Shown here: piece after piece, positions 19,685 through 30,288 of the stretch
Position numbering within the stretch: position 1 is the first letter of the stretch
Layout: every line of letters starts with the position of its first letter
Assembly: GCA_025362795.1 (NCBI GenBank)
Contig: JANYFE010000036.1
Coordinates: 56 to 64,055 of the forward strand
Direction of reading: 5' to 3'
From: Rhodobacterales bacterium
Lineage (GTDB): Bacteria > Pseudomonadota > Alphaproteobacteria > Rhodobacterales > Rhodobacteraceae
DNA length: 64,000 nucleotides
Made by a program: the position numbers and the translations under genes
Notes under the pieces: generated by a model
The model's database searches: none
What the model saw: only the letters and a program-made list of their open reading frames with translations
What the model was told of the DNA's origin: nothing

Positions 19685-20548
19685 ATGGCCAAAGTGGCGT
19701 TTTTGGGACTGGGTGTCATGGGCTTCCCGATGGCAGGCCATCTGGCGGCCAAGGGGCATCAGGTGACCGTCTATAACCGCACCCCGGCCAAAGCCACCGC
19801 CTGGGTCGCCAAACATGGCGGGGCGTCCGCCGCCACGCCGCATGCCGCGGCGCAAGGCGCCGAATTCGTGCTGTCCTGCGTCGGCAATGATGACGATTTG
19901 CGCAGCGTCTGCACTGGTCCCGATGGCGCATTCGCCGGAATGGCGGCGGGCACAATGTTCATCGACCACACCACGGTTTCCGCGGAAGTCACCCGCGACC
20001 TGGCGGCTCTGGCCGCAAGGCAGGGCAAAGGCTTTGTCGACGCGCCTTTATCGGGCGGTCAGGCGGGGGCCGAAAACGGTGTTCTGTCCATCATGTGCGG
20101 CGGTTCGCATGCCGACTATGCCCGCGCCGAACCCGTCATGCAAACCTACGCCCGCATCTGCAAACGCCTCGGTGACAGCGGGTCCGGCCAACTTGCCAAA
20201 ATGATGAACCAGATCTGCATCGCCGGTCTGGTGCAGGGCCTGTCAGAGGCGCTGGCCTTTGGCGAGAAAGCCGGGCTGGACGGTGCCGCCGTGGTCGAAG
20301 TGATCTCGCAAGGCGCGGCAGGGTCTTGGCAAATGGTCAACCGCCACAAGACCATGCTGGCCGACAAGTTTGACCACGGTTTCGCGGTCGACTGGATGCG
20401 CAAGGATCTGGGCATCTGTCTCGCCACCGCCAACCAGATCGGCGCCAGCCTGCCGGTGACAGCCTTGGTGGATCAATTCTACAAGGACGTGCAGCGCATG
20501 GGCGGCAACCGCAACGACACCTCCAGCCTGATCCGCCGCTTGCGCTGA
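19685..20548 (+). CDS. NAD(P)-dependent oxidoreductase, beta-hydroxyacid dehydrogenase family
   Basis: GLGVMG, YNRT, DAPLSGG, GQLAKMMNQI, KDLG. Confidence 0.93.
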   Translation: MAKVAFLGLGVMGFPMAGHLAAKGHQVTVYNRTPAKATAWVAKHGGASAATPHAAAQGAEFVLSCVGNDDDLRSVCTGPDGAFAGMAAGTMFIDHTTVSAEVTRDLAALAARQGKGFVDAPLSGGQAGAENGVLSIMCGGSHADYARAEPVMQTYARICKRLGDSGSGQLAKMMNQICIAGLVQGLSEALAFGEKAGLDGAAVVEVISQGAAGSWQMVNRHKTMLADKFDHGFAVDWMRKDLGICLATANQIGASLPVTALVDQFYKDVQRMGGNRNDTSSLIRRLR

Positions 20549-20689
20549 CCCTGCATTCGGCAGGTTGCCACCAACCATACTAAGGATGAGCAGGCGGGTG
20601 CCAACCCACCGCCTCCCGCCAGAGTAGTTTTTGAAATACAACCCATTGATTCTAAACAGTTTACAAAGCCGTCCAGAGCCAGACGCGCG

Positions 20690-21253
20690 TTAGGGGATGA
20701 TGCGGCTATACTTGACGCCTGACAACGTCGCCCCGGCAATCAGACCCTGCTGACCAAAAACCAGCGCCACCACTGGGTCCAACTCGGTCGTGTCCTTGCC
20801 AATCGACCCGCCCTGTTCCGGCGTCGCATAGCGCAGATCCGCCCCGGCGACCCAGCCCGAACCGCGCCGGAAATCCTCCAGCGCCCCGCTGGTCATGAAG
20901 AACAAGGCATGGGCATATTGCTGGGCGCCGATCTGAATTCCGATGGTGGCGCGGGTGGCGGAATAGTAATCCACCGTCACGTCATTGATCCGCAGCGCCC
21001 CCCGGCCATAACTGCCACCAAAGCCAAAACCAACCTCGGTGATTAGCGGCATGAACAGGATGCCCTTGGCGCTGGCCGCCAAATCGCGGGTGCCGGGATA
21101 GTTGTTGAACAGATAATCCCGCGTCGCATCGACCCGCGCATCAATCTGCGCCGAGCCGTTGGAATTAACACCATTGCCAAGCAAGGAATTGTTGCACGCT
21201 GCCAATAGGGCCGCCGCGCCAAACCCCATGAAACTCCGCCGGGATACCGCCAT
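20690..21253 (-). CDS. YSC84-related lipid-binding lipoprotein with Tat signal
   Basis: SRRSFM twin-arginine, LLAAC lipobox, GGSYGRGAL and GLIAGATLSG family segments. Confidence 0.85.
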   Translation of the reverse strand: MAVSRRSFMGFGAAALLAACNNSLLGNGVNSNGSAQIDARVDATRDYLFNNYPGTRDLAASAKGILFMPLITEVGFGFGGSYGRGALRINDVTVDYYSATRATIGIQIGAQQYAHALFFMTSGALEDFRRGSGWVAGADLRYATPEQGGSIGKDTTELDPVVALVFGQQGLIAGATLSGVKYSRIIP

Positions 21254-21365
21254 GATCTTCGCCTCCTGCCTCAAACCGGGCTCTACAGGCCCTTTGGCGT
21301 GACTATACCCTATCGGCGGAACCCTGTCATGCCTTGCCTCAGCTTTGGGCAACCCGCCGCCGAGT

Positions 21366-22373
21366 TTAATACCGCCCCGCCTTGATCGCCCGCGCCGCAT
21401 CCGGTGCGAAATAGGTCAGAACCCCGTCACAACCCGCCCGCCGGAATGCCATCAAACTTTCCAGCATCGCACGCTCGCCGTCGATCCAGCCGTTCAATGC
21501 CGCCCCCTTGATCATCGCGTATTCACCCGATACCTGATAGGCATAGGTCGGTGCCCCGAACATGTCCTTGGCCCGCCGGATGATGTCCAGATAGGGCATC
21601 CCTGGCTTGACCATCACCATATCCGCCCCCTCGCGCAGATCGCGCTCGATCAGCCGCATCGCCTCGTCACTGTTGGCCGGGTTCATCTGATAGGTCTTCT
21701 TGTCGCCCTTCAGTGCCCCCGATGCCCCTACGGCATCGCGGAACGGTCCGTAAAACGCGCTCGCATATTTCGCCGCATAAGACAGGATCGCCACGCGCTG
21801 ATGGCCCGCCGCTTCCAAGGCCTGACGAATCGCACCGATCCGGCCATCCATCATGTCCGACGGCCCGATGATATCCGCCCCGGCTGCGGCCTGTGCCAAA
21901 GCCTGCTTGACCAAGGCCGCCAAAGTCTCGTCATTCAGGATCAACCCATCCCGCACAAACCCGTCATGCCCGTCGATGTTGTATGGGTCCAGTGCCACAT
22001 CCGTCATCACCGCGATCCCCGGAACCTGGGCCTTGATCGCCCGGATCGCGCGGTTGGTCAGGTTGTCGGGGTTCCAGGCTTCTTCACATCCCGCGGTTTT
22101 CAACACGGGGTCGGTGTAAGGAAACAGGCAGATCGCCGGTATCCCTAACCCCGCCGCCTCTGCTGCCGCTTCCACCACCAGATCGACCGACAGCCGCGCC
22201 ACACCGGGCATCGAGGCGATGGGTTCGCGCTGGCCCTTGCCCTCGCGCACGAACACCGGCCAGATCAGATCGCCCGCGGTCAGCGTGTTTTCCTGGGTCA
22301 ACGCCCGCAAGGCCGGGCTTTGCCGCAGGCGGCGGAAACGGGTGGCAGGGAAGGGCGCAGATATTGGGCGCAT
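21366..22373 (-). CDS. hemB: Porphobilinogen synthase (Asp-type, no Zn cysteines)
   Basis: DVALDPYNIDGHDG, PSDMMDGR, KYASAFYGPFRDA, MVKPG, YQVSGEY. Confidence 0.97.
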   Translation of the reverse strand: MRPISAPFPATRFRRLRQSPALRALTQENTLTAGDLIWPVFVREGKGQREPIASMPGVARLSVDLVVEAAAEAAGLGIPAICLFPYTDPVLKTAGCEEAWNPDNLTNRAIRAIKAQVPGIAVMTDVALDPYNIDGHDGFVRDGLILNDETLAALVKQALAQAAAGADIIGPSDMMDGRIGAIRQALEAAGHQRVAILSYAAKYASAFYGPFRDAVGASGALKGDKKTYQMNPANSDEAMRLIERDLREGADMVMVKPGMPYLDIIRRAKDMFGAPTYAYQVSGEYAMIKGAALNGWIDGERAMLESLMAFRRAGCDGVLTYFAPDAARAIKAGRY

Positions 22374-22489
22374 GGGCGTGCTTCCTTGATCATGGAGGGG
22401 TTGCAGCTTTGCCTTCTGCCTGTCATGGAAACGCGCGCGGCTCAAGATGCCGCGCCGCGTTTGCAGGGTTCAGGATACGGAGACGACGG

Positions 22490-23014
22490 GTGAACTGGTA
22501 TCAGATGTTGTTCGATCTGATCGACATGCGGTCGTTCTCGAATCTGTGGTACTGGATTGCCCTTGGCGTGATCTGGTCATCGGCCAGTCATTGGGTGCTT
22601 GGGGTGCCGTATGACATGGTCTACCGCGCCCGCAAGGAACGCGGCGAGGCGCTTGCCGATCTGGAAACACTGGTGCGCATCAACGTTTCTCGCATGTTGC
22701 ATGCCTCACGCAATTACGGGCTGTGGCTGATCGGCGTGCTGTGTTTCATGGTCACGGTGCTGGGCCTGCTGGCGTTCTTGTATGACATTGAATTCGCGCA
22801 AGCCGTGCTGTTCCTGTTCGTGCCGCTGTGCATTCTGGGCTACTTGTCGCTGCGCAGTTCGGTCAAGATCGAGGCGGGCGAAGGCCAGGGCGACGCCCTT
22901 TTCCGCCGCCTGTTCCGTCACCGCCTTTCGGTGCAGGTGCTGGGGATGTTCTCGATCTTTTTCACCTCGCTCTACGGCATGTATGTGAACCTTCAGATCA
23001 GCCTGCCGGGCTGA
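22490..23014 (+). CDS. Conserved rhodobacteral membrane protein (family I recall being labelled 'component of SufBCD complex')
   Basis: GTG start; FDLIDMRSFSNLWYWI...HWVLGVPYD; about four TM helices. Confidence 0.8.
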   Translation: MNWYQMLFDLIDMRSFSNLWYWIALGVIWSSASHWVLGVPYDMVYRARKERGEALADLETLVRINVSRMLHASRNYGLWLIGVLCFMVTVLGLLAFLYDIEFAQAVLFLFVPLCILGYLSLRSSVKIEAGEGQGDALFRRLFRHRLSVQVLGMFSIFFTSLYGMYVNLQISLPG

Positions 23015-23017
23015 CCT

Positions 23018-26000
23018 ATGGCCGACCGCATTCTTCTGGGCGGCGCACCCGAGGGCTATGACGCCCGGCTTCTGGCGAAAGAGGCGGCACGCGGCCAGTC
23101 GGTGATCCATGTCGCCCGCGATGATCGCCGGATGGAGGCGATGCGCGCCTCTTTGGCCGTGCTGGCCCCCGAATTGCCGGTGCTGGAACTGCCCGCCTGG
23201 GATTGCCTTCCCTATGACCGCGTCTCGCCCAACCCCGAGATTCTGGCCCGGCGCATGTCAACGCTGGCCGCTCTGGCCGCAGGTCTGGCCAAGCCGATCA
23301 TCTTGCTGACCACCCTCAACAGTGCCACCCAGCGCCTGCCCGCCCGCGACGTGATGCAAGGCGCTTCCTTTGTCGCCAAAGTCGGCGACAGGGTCGATGA
23401 CCAGCGCCTGAAACGCTTCCTCACCGGCATGGGCTTTTCGCCAGTCTCGACCGTGGCCGAACCCGGCGACTATGCCCTCCGCGGCGGCATCGTCGACATT
23501 TTTCCACCCGGTCGCGGCGGTCCGGTCAGGCTTGATTTCTTCGGTGACGTGCTGGATGGAGCGCGGCGGTTCGATCCGGTGACGCAACGCACCACGCAAA
23601 AGCTTTCGGCGGTGGAATTTGCCCCGATGTCCGAAGTCATTCTGGACGAAACAGCTATCACAAGGTTCCGCCAGAACTACCGCGCCGAATTTGGCACAGC
23701 AGGGTCCGACGATCCGCTGTATGAAGCCGTAAGCGCGGGCCGCAAGCATCAGGGCATGGAACATTGGCTGCCCTTCTTTCACGCCCGCTTGGAAACCCTG
23801 TTCGACTATCTGCCCGCCGCCTCGGTGATGCTGGACGACCAGGTCACCGCCTCCCGCCTGTCCCGCTGGGACGGCATCGCGGACCAATATGACGCCCGCC
23901 GCGAGGCAATGACCGCAAAAGGCCGTCTCGACACGGTCTACAAACCCTGCGCCCCCGACCTGCTGTATCTTGCCGACACCGCCTGGGAGGCCGCTTTGTC
24001 CGACCACCGTGTCGTGCAATTGTCGCCCCTGCCGCAATCGCCGGGCCCCGGCGTTCTGGATGCACAAGGCCGCGTTGGCCGCAATTTCCTGCCCGAACGC
24101 CAGCAGGAACAAGTCAGCCTTTTCGGGGCTTTGGCCGACCATCTTCATGCGCAGCTTGCCGATCGCCAAGTCGTCATCGCCTCGTGGTCCGAAGGGGCGC
24201 GCGAACGGTTGGATGGCTTGCTCAAGGATCAGGGTCTCATGACGGCCGTCCCGATCAAGGATTTCCGCGACGTGCCCGCAGGGCGCGGCGGTTTGTTCCT
24301 GATGATCTGGGCGCTGGAGGCGGGCTTTACCGCGCCGGGCCTTGCTGTCATTTCCGAACAGGACATCCTGGGCGACCGTCTTGTCGCCAAACCCCGCAAG
24401 AAACGCAAAGCCGACAACTTCCTGCGCGAGGTCGACACCCTTACCCCCGGCGATCTGGTGGTCCACGTCGAACACGGTGTCGGCCGCTATCTGGGGCTGG
24501 AAACCATCACCGCGCTTGGTGCCCCGCACGACTGCGTGGCGCTGGAATATGCCGAAAACTCCAAGCTGTACTTGCCGGTCGAAAACATCGAGCTGCTGTC
24601 GCGCTATGGCCATGAAGACGGCCTGCTGGACCGCTTGGGTGGCGGCGCGTGGCAGGCGAAAAAGGCGAAACTCAAAGAGCGCATCCGCGAGATTGCCGAC
24701 AAGCTGATGCGCATCGCCGCCGAACGCGCCCTGCGCCACGCGCCCATACTAGAGGCGCCGCATTCGATCTGGGAAGCCTTCTCCGCCCGCTTCCCCTATC
24801 AGGAAACCGACGACCAGCTGTCCGCCATCGCCGATGTCGTAGCCGACCTTGAAAAAGGCTCGCCGATGGACCGCCTGATCGTCGGCGACGTCGGTTTCGG
24901 CAAGACCGAGGTTGCGATGCGCGCCGCCTTTGTCACCGCCCTGTCCGGCATGCAGGTCGCCCTGATCTGCCCCACCACGCTCCTCGCTCGCCAGCATTAC
25001 CGCAGCTTTGCCGAACGCTTCCGCGGATTTCCCATATCGGTCCGGCCCTTGTCGCGCTTCGTCTCCACCAAGGACGCCAACGCCACCCGCGAGGCGATGT
25101 CAGCAGGCACCGTCGATATCGTCGTCGGCACCCACGCACTGCTGGCGAAATCCGTCCGCTTCAAAAACCTCGGCCTGATGGTCATCGACGAGGAACAGCA
25201 TTTCGGCGTCTCTCACAAGGAACGCCTGAAAGAGATGAAATCCGAAGTCCACGTCCTGACCCTGACCGCCACGCCGATCCCCCGCACCCTGCAACTGTCG
25301 CTTACTGGTGTGCGCGACCTTTCCATCATCGCCACCCCGCCAGTTGACCGCCTCGCCATCCGCACCTATGTCAGCGAATTCGACAGCATCACCATCCGCG
25401 AGGCCCTGCTGCGCGAACATTATCGCGGTGGGCAAAGCTTTTATGTGGTCCCCCGCATCAGCGACCTGCACGAGGTCGAGGATTTCCTGAAAACCCATGT
25501 CCCCGAAGTCAGCTATGTCGTGGCCCACGGCCAGCTTGCAGCGGGCGATCTGGATGACCGGATGAACCAGTTCTATGATGGCAAATACGACGTGCTGCTG
25601 GCCACCTCCATCGTCGAATCCGGCCTGGATATTCCCACCGCCAACACCATGGTCATCCACCGCGCCGACATGTTCGGCCTGTCGCAGCTGTATCAGATCC
25701 GGGGCAGGGTGGGCCGCGCCAAGACCCGCGCCTACTGCTACCTGACCACCAAACCCCGCGCTCCCCTGACCCCGCAAGCCACCAAACGCCTGCGCCTGCT
25801 GGGCAGTCTTGATAACCTCGGCGCAGGTTTTAATCTCGCCAGCCACGACCTCGACCTGCGCGGCGCGGGCAATCTTTTGGGCGAAGAACAATCGGGCCAT
25901 ATCAAGGAAGTCGGCTACGAACTTTATCAGCAGATGCTGGAAGATACGATTGCCCGCATCAAATCCGGCGAATTGCAGGGGCTGAGCGCGGTCGATGACC

Positions 26001-26461
26001 ATTGGGCTCCCACCATCAACCTCGGCGTGCCCGTGATGATCCCCGAGGCGTTTATCCCCGACCTCGACATCCGCCTGGGCCTGTATCGCAGGCTCTCAAG
26101 CCTCGGCACCAAGGTTGAACTCGAAGGTTTTGCCGCCGAACTGATCGACCGCTTCGGGCCGCTGCCGCGCGAGGTCAACACCCTGATGGTCATCGTCCGC
26201 ATCAAGGCCCTGTGCAAAAAGGCCGGCATCTCGCGGCTGGATGTCGGGCCAAAAGGTGCCACAGTGCAGTTTCACAATGACAAATTCGCCAATCCGGCAG
26301 GCCTTGTGGAATTCATCAAGGCCCAAGGGCCGGCGGCCCGAATCGCTGGCAACAAGATCGTGCTGGTGGGCGAGATGAAGACCGAATCCGACCGCATCAA
26401 GGGTGCATTCAATGTCGCGAAAGATCTCGCCGAAAAGATCGTGAAACAGGTCAAGGCGTAA
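23018..26461 (+). CDS. mfd: Transcription-repair coupling factor
   Basis: GDVGFGKTEVA, DEEQHFGV, TATPIPRTL, QIRGRVGR, DLDLRGAGNLLGEEQSG. Confidence 0.98.
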   Translation: MADRILLGGAPEGYDARLLAKEAARGQSVIHVARDDRRMEAMRASLAVLAPELPVLELPAWDCLPYDRVSPNPEILARRMSTLAALAAGLAKPIILLTTLNSATQRLPARDVMQGASFVAKVGDRVDDQRLKRFLTGMGFSPVSTVAEPGDYALRGGIVDIFPPGRGGPVRLDFFGDVLDGARRFDPVTQRTTQKLSAVEFAPMSEVILDETAITRFRQNYRAEFGTAGSDDPLYEAVSAGRKHQGMEHWLPFFHARLETLFDYLPAASVMLDDQVTASRLSRWDGIADQYDARREAMTAKGRLDTVYKPCAPDLLYLADTAWEAALSDHRVVQLSPLPQSPGPGVLDAQGRVGRNFLPERQQEQVSLFGALADHLHAQLADRQVVIASWSEGARERLDGLLKDQGLMTAVPIKDFRDVPAGRGGLFLMIWALEAGFTAPGLAVISEQDILGDRLVAKPRKKRKADNFLREVDTLTPGDLVVHVEHGVGRYLGLETITALGAPHDCVALEYAENSKLYLPVENIELLSRYGHEDGLLDRLGGGAWQAKKAKLKERIREIADKLMRIAAERALRHAPILEAPHSIWEAFSARFPYQETDDQLSAIADVVADLEKGSPMDRLIVGDVGFGKTEVAMRAAFVTALSGMQVALICPTTLLARQHYRSFAERFRGFPISVRPLSRFVSTKDANATREAMSAGTVDIVVGTHALLAKSVRFKNLGLMVIDEEQHFGVSHKERLKEMKSEVHVLTLTATPIPRTLQLSLTGVRDLSIIATPPVDRLAIRTYVSEFDSITIREALLREHYRGGQSFYVVPRISDLHEVEDFLKTHVPEVSYVVAHGQLAAGDLDDRMNQFYDGKYDVLLATSIVESGLDIPTANTMVIHRADMFGLSQLYQIRGRVGRAKTRAYCYLTTKPRAPLTPQATKRLRLLGSLDNLGAGFNLASHDLDLRGAGNLLGEEQSGHIKEVGYELYQQMLEDTIARIKSGELQGLSAVDDHWAPTINLGVPVMIPEAFIPDLDIRLGLYRRLSSLGTKVELEGFAAELIDRFGPLPREVNTLMVIVRIKALCKKAGISRLDVGPKGATVQFHNDKFANPAGLVEFIKAQGPAARIAGNKIVLVGEMKTESDRIKGAFNVAKDLAEKIVKQVKA

Positions 26462-27662
26462 CCGCCACCGGCTTTTTCACAAACTGCATCAGCCCCAGCG
26501 CCAGCACCGCAAACACCGTGCCCCCCACCAGCAGCGGGATCTGCGTGCCGTTAAACGCCAGTCCCACCGGCACCGCCAACAAGACCGACAGCACCGTTGA
26601 TGCCGCCGTGATCACCGACGAGGCGAACCCTGCAATATGGCCCAGATCCTCCATCGCCATCGCGTTCAGGTTGCCCATCGTCAGTCCCATCATGGCAAAG
26701 ACGCCCACCGACCACAGGATATGCGACGGAAACACCAGAACCTCTGGCAGCAGCCCACTGATGTTGGCCAGCAACACCACCACGGTCAGCGCGATCTGGG
26801 TGCCATATGTCATCTTCAAGACCCGCCGCATGCCCGCCCGCATCACGATCCGCGAATTGACCACGCTGCCACTCATCGCGCAAATCGCGATCACCGCGAA
26901 CCACAGCGGAAACGTCGAAGCCCGGTCAAAACGTTGCTCGAATATCTGCTGCTGCGACGACAGCGTGGCTATCAGACAGGCTGAGGTCAAGCTTTGGCAC
27001 AGCGTCGCAATCAATGCGATCCGGTGATGGGTCAGCTCTTTGGCGGCCTGCCACAGCAGCACCAGACGCAGCGGCCGGCGGTTGGTGACGGCCAGCGTTT
27101 CAGGCAGGCGCAGCGTTACCCAGATATTGACCGCCAGCGAAAACACCATGAACGCCGCAAAGATCGTGCGCCAGGTGCCAACCAGCAAAATGGCCTGCCC
27201 GGTCAGCGGCGCAATTGCCGGCACCAGCGTGAAAATCATCATCACAAAAGACACGATACGGGCCATGTCACGCCCCTTGTACAGATCGCGGATCATCGCG
27301 GTGCCAACTGCGCGCGGACCAGAGGCACCGATGCCCTGCAACACCCGCGCCAACAGCAGAAACTCCAGACTTGGCGCGACGTAGCACAGCGCCGCCCCGA
27401 ACAGGAATATCCCGGCGCAGATCAGAATGACCGCCTTGCGACCAATCGCATCCGAAACCGGCCCGCTGATCAGCGTACCGATCCCGATGCCCAGAAAAAA
27501 GCTCGACACCACCAGTTGCGCCCGGTTGGTGTCGCCGGGGGTCAGTTCTGCCGCAATCACCGGCAACGCGGGCAACATCGCGTCGATTGACAAGGCCATT
27601 GTGGCGAACAGCATCGCCATCATCGCCACAAATTCATTCTGGGAAGGGCGCGCTATGGCCAT
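26451..27662 (-). CDS. Bcr/CflA-family MFS efflux transporter
   Basis: IDAMLPALP, GPVSDAIGRK motif A, about 12 TM helices. Confidence 0.9.
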   Translation of the reverse strand: MAIARPSQNEFVAMMAMLFATMALSIDAMLPALPVIAAELTPGDTNRAQLVVSSFFLGIGIGTLISGPVSDAIGRKAVILICAGIFLFGAALCYVAPSLEFLLLARVLQGIGASGPRAVGTAMIRDLYKGRDMARIVSFVMMIFTLVPAIAPLTGQAILLVGTWRTIFAAFMVFSLAVNIWVTLRLPETLAVTNRRPLRLVLLWQAAKELTHHRIALIATLCQSLTSACLIATLSSQQQIFEQRFDRASTFPLWFAVIAICAMSGSVVNSRIVMRAGMRRVLKMTYGTQIALTVVVLLANISGLLPEVLVFPSHILWSVGVFAMMGLTMGNLNAMAMEDLGHIAGFASSVITAASTVLSVLLAVPVGLAFNGTQIPLLVGGTVFAVLALGLMQFVKKPVAVTP

Positions 27663-27705
27663 CAGTCAGGGACTTTCAATTCTGCGGAAGAAATAACGTT
27701 GAAGC

Positions 27706-28353
27706 TCAGGCGTCCGGCCCGGCCTTGGCCGTCATCTCGGCAATTGCTTTGGCCCACAGGTCCGGCGGCTGTGCCCCGGACAGCACGTATTTGTTGTCAA
27801 TCAGGAAGGTCGGCACCGCATTGACCCCACGCTCCCGCGCATGGCGCTCGCGCTTGCGGATCAGGTCCAGATCGGCATCAGAGGCCAGCAGCCGCTCGAC
27901 CACCCCGCGGTCCATTCCGGCCTGTGCCGCCACATCGGCCAGTACGGTCAGATCGCCAATATCGCGCCCCTCGACCCAATAGCTGCGCATCAGTGCCGAC
28001 ACCATCAGGGTCTGCCGTCCCTCCAGCCCGGCCCAATGGATCAGACGGTGCGCATTCAGCGTGTTTGGAATGCGTTTGGGCGTATCGGGGTCCATCTTGA
28101 CGCCGTTCTGTGCCGCAATATCCCGAAACCGCTTGTGGATTTGCTCCAGCTTGTCCGCGTCACCAAACCGCTCCAGCAGATAGCTGTGCTTGTCCACCCC
28201 CCCGGCTGGCATATCGGGGTTCAACTGGAACGGATGCCATTCAATCGCGAACGGATGGTCCGGATGTGCCTCCAACGCGCGGTCAAGATTGGCCTTGCCC
28301 AGATAGCACCACGGGCACACCGGATCAGAAAAGATATCAAGTCGGATCATCAC
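27706..28353 (-). CDS. DsbA/FrnE-family oxidoreductase
   Basis: SDPVCPWCYLG, PFQLNPDM, GVNAVPTF, GAQP. Confidence 0.93.
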   Translation of the reverse strand: MMIRLDIFSDPVCPWCYLGKANLDRALEAHPDHPFAIEWHPFQLNPDMPAGGVDKHSYLLERFGDADKLEQIHKRFRDIAAQNGVKMDPDTPKRIPNTLNAHRLIHWAGLEGRQTLMVSALMRSYWVEGRDIGDLTVLADVAAQAGMDRGVVERLLASDADLDLIRKRERHARERGVNAVPTFLIDNKYVLSGAQPPDLWAKAIAEMTAKAGPDA

Positions 28354-28360
28354 GACGCCT

Positions 28361-29572
28361 CTAGATTGCGGCGGCCTTGGGCCGCATCCTCAACCACAAC
28401 AATGCGCCACCTGCCAAAATCAGGAACGGCAGCATCGCCAAATTCACCGCAGCCCAGCCGGCCTGCACAGTGCCGCCCGAACAGTTCATCAACCCGCCAG
28501 AGGAAAAGCTGGCCAAAGTCACGCCGCCGAACACCAGAAAATCGTTCATCCCCTGCATCCGCCCGCGTTCTTCGGGCGTGTGCGAGGCGGTCAGCATGGT
28601 CGTCGCCCCGATGAAGCCAAAGTTCCAGCCCAGCCCCAGCAGCATCAGCGCCGCAAAGAAATTCTCGATCTGCACCCCGGCCATTGCCACTACCCCGGCA
28701 CAGGCCAGAATTGCCAACCCGATCGCCATGATCCGTTCCACCCCGAACCGGGTGATCAGGCTGCCGGTAAAGAACGACGGGATGAACATCGCCAGCACAT
28801 GCGCCGTGACGACATTGGACGCGTCCGAAACGTGAAATCCGCACCCAACCACGGCCAGAGGCGACGAGGTCATCACCAGATTCATCAAGGCATAACTGAC
28901 CGTCGCCACGATCACCGCGACCGCAATCCGCGGCGTGCGGATCAATTCCATCCGTGTCCGCCCTGCAACCGTTCCAGCCGCCGCAGGTTTCGGGGTGGGG
29001 ATGTTCAGCAAGGCGAACAGGAACACACCGATCAGATTCAGTCCGATCACCGTCAGATACGTCGCAAGGAACGGCACCGCCATCGCAGTCGATGTCAGCT
29101 TGACCAGTTCCGGCCCGACCACCGCAGACAACAGCCCGCCCGCCATCACATAGGAAATCGCCTTGGGCTTGAACGCATCCGACGCGGTATCGGCAGCGGC
29201 AAACCGGTAAAATCCTTGCGCCGACTGATAAATCCCGGTGATGAACGCACCAGAGACAAAGATCGCAAACGACCCGCGCGACAGCCCGAACGCCGCAATA
29301 GCCGCGCCCAGCGCCCCGGCAAACGCCCCCAGCACGAACCCGGCCCGCCGCCCGTACCGCGCCATGAAGGCCGATATCGGGTTGGCCGTCAGCATCGACC
29401 CGATCACCATCAACGAGATCGGCAACGTCGCAAGACAGGCATTCGGCGCCAGCGACTTGCCCGCCAATCCCGCCACCACGAAAATCATCGGCATCTGTGC
29501 GCCAAGGATGGCTTGCGACGCCACAAGGACATAAACATTGCGGCGGGCGACGGAGTCTGTGTTTTCTACCAT
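28361..29572 (-). CDS. MFS transporter
   Basis: About 12 hydrophobic helices, RYGRRAGF, YRFAAAD, GWNFGFIGAT. Confidence 0.9.
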   Translation of the reverse strand: MVENTDSVARRNVYVLVASQAILGAQMPMIFVVAGLAGKSLAPNACLATLPISLMVIGSMLTANPISAFMARYGRRAGFVLGAFAGALGAAIAAFGLSRGSFAIFVSGAFITGIYQSAQGFYRFAAADTASDAFKPKAISYVMAGGLLSAVVGPELVKLTSTAMAVPFLATYLTVIGLNLIGVFLFALLNIPTPKPAAAGTVAGRTRMELIRTPRIAVAVIVATVSYALMNLVMTSSPLAVVGCGFHVSDASNVVTAHVLAMFIPSFFTGSLITRFGVERIMAIGLAILACAGVVAMAGVQIENFFAALMLLGLGWNFGFIGATTMLTASHTPEERGRMQGMNDFLVFGGVTLASFSSGGLMNCSGGTVQAGWAAVNLAMLPFLILAGGALLWLRMRPKAAAI

Positions 29573-29658
29573 GATCGCCAATCGGTATTGGTCGGGGCAG
29601 GCGGGTTCAAGGGACAATCGCCTTTCTGTGATACTTGCGCAGGGGGCAAAGGGAAAAT

Positions 29659-30288
29659 ATGGTAGGGCGCCTCATCGAAACCCCGGACTGCGTGGCCGAA
29701 GGGGCCGCGTGGCTTGGCCTGCACCACCCGCCCTTTGCCCGCGCCTTGCTGCTGACCGGCCCTTTGCCCCTGCGCCGCCAGGCCGACGGCTTCACTGCCC
29801 TGCTGGATGCCATCGTCGGCCAGCAAGTCTCGGTCGCCTCGGCGCAGGCCATCTGGGCGCGTCTGGCAGCGGCTGGCCTGACCGATCAGGCGACACTCGC
29901 CGCCGCCAAAGATGACACCCTCCGCGCCGCGGGCCTGTCGCGCCAGAAGGCCCGCTATGGCCGCGCGTTGGCCCAGGCCGGCATCGATTTCCCCGCCCTG
30001 CGCACCCGCCCCAATGCCGAGGTTATCGCCACCCTCACCGCCTTGCCTGGTATCGGCAACTGGACTGCCGAGATCTACGCCATGTTCGCTTTGGGCCGCG
30101 CCGATGTCTTTGCCCCAGGCGATCTTGCCCTGCAAGAAGCCGCCCGCCTGCTGTTCGACCTGCCCACCCGCCCGTCAGAACGCGCCTTTCGCACGATGGC
30201 CGAGGCGTGGAGCCCGTGGCGCGCCGTTGCAGCCCGCGCCCTTTGGGCCTATTACCGCGTCGCCAAAACCAGAGAAGGCATAAGATGA
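29659..30288 (+). CDS. DNA-3-methyladenine glycosylase II (AlkA family, HhH-GPD)
   Basis: IVGQQVSVASA, LPGIGNWTAE HhH, GDLALQ, WSPWR. Confidence 0.93.
   Translation: MVGRLIETPDCVAEGAAWLGLHHPPFARALLLTGPLPLRRQADGFTALLDAIVGQQVSVASAQAIWARLAAAGLTDQATLAAAKDDTLRAAGLSRQKARYGRALAQAGIDFPALRTRPNAEVIATLTALPGIGNWTAEIYAMFALGRADVFAPGDLALQEAARLLFDLPTRPSERAFRTMAEAWSPWRAVAARALWAYYRVAKTREGIR

Noticed and set aside
21366-22373. HemB without zinc-binding cysteines
   Set aside because: The Asp-rich metal site is the normal alphaproteobacterial/plant-type PBGS.
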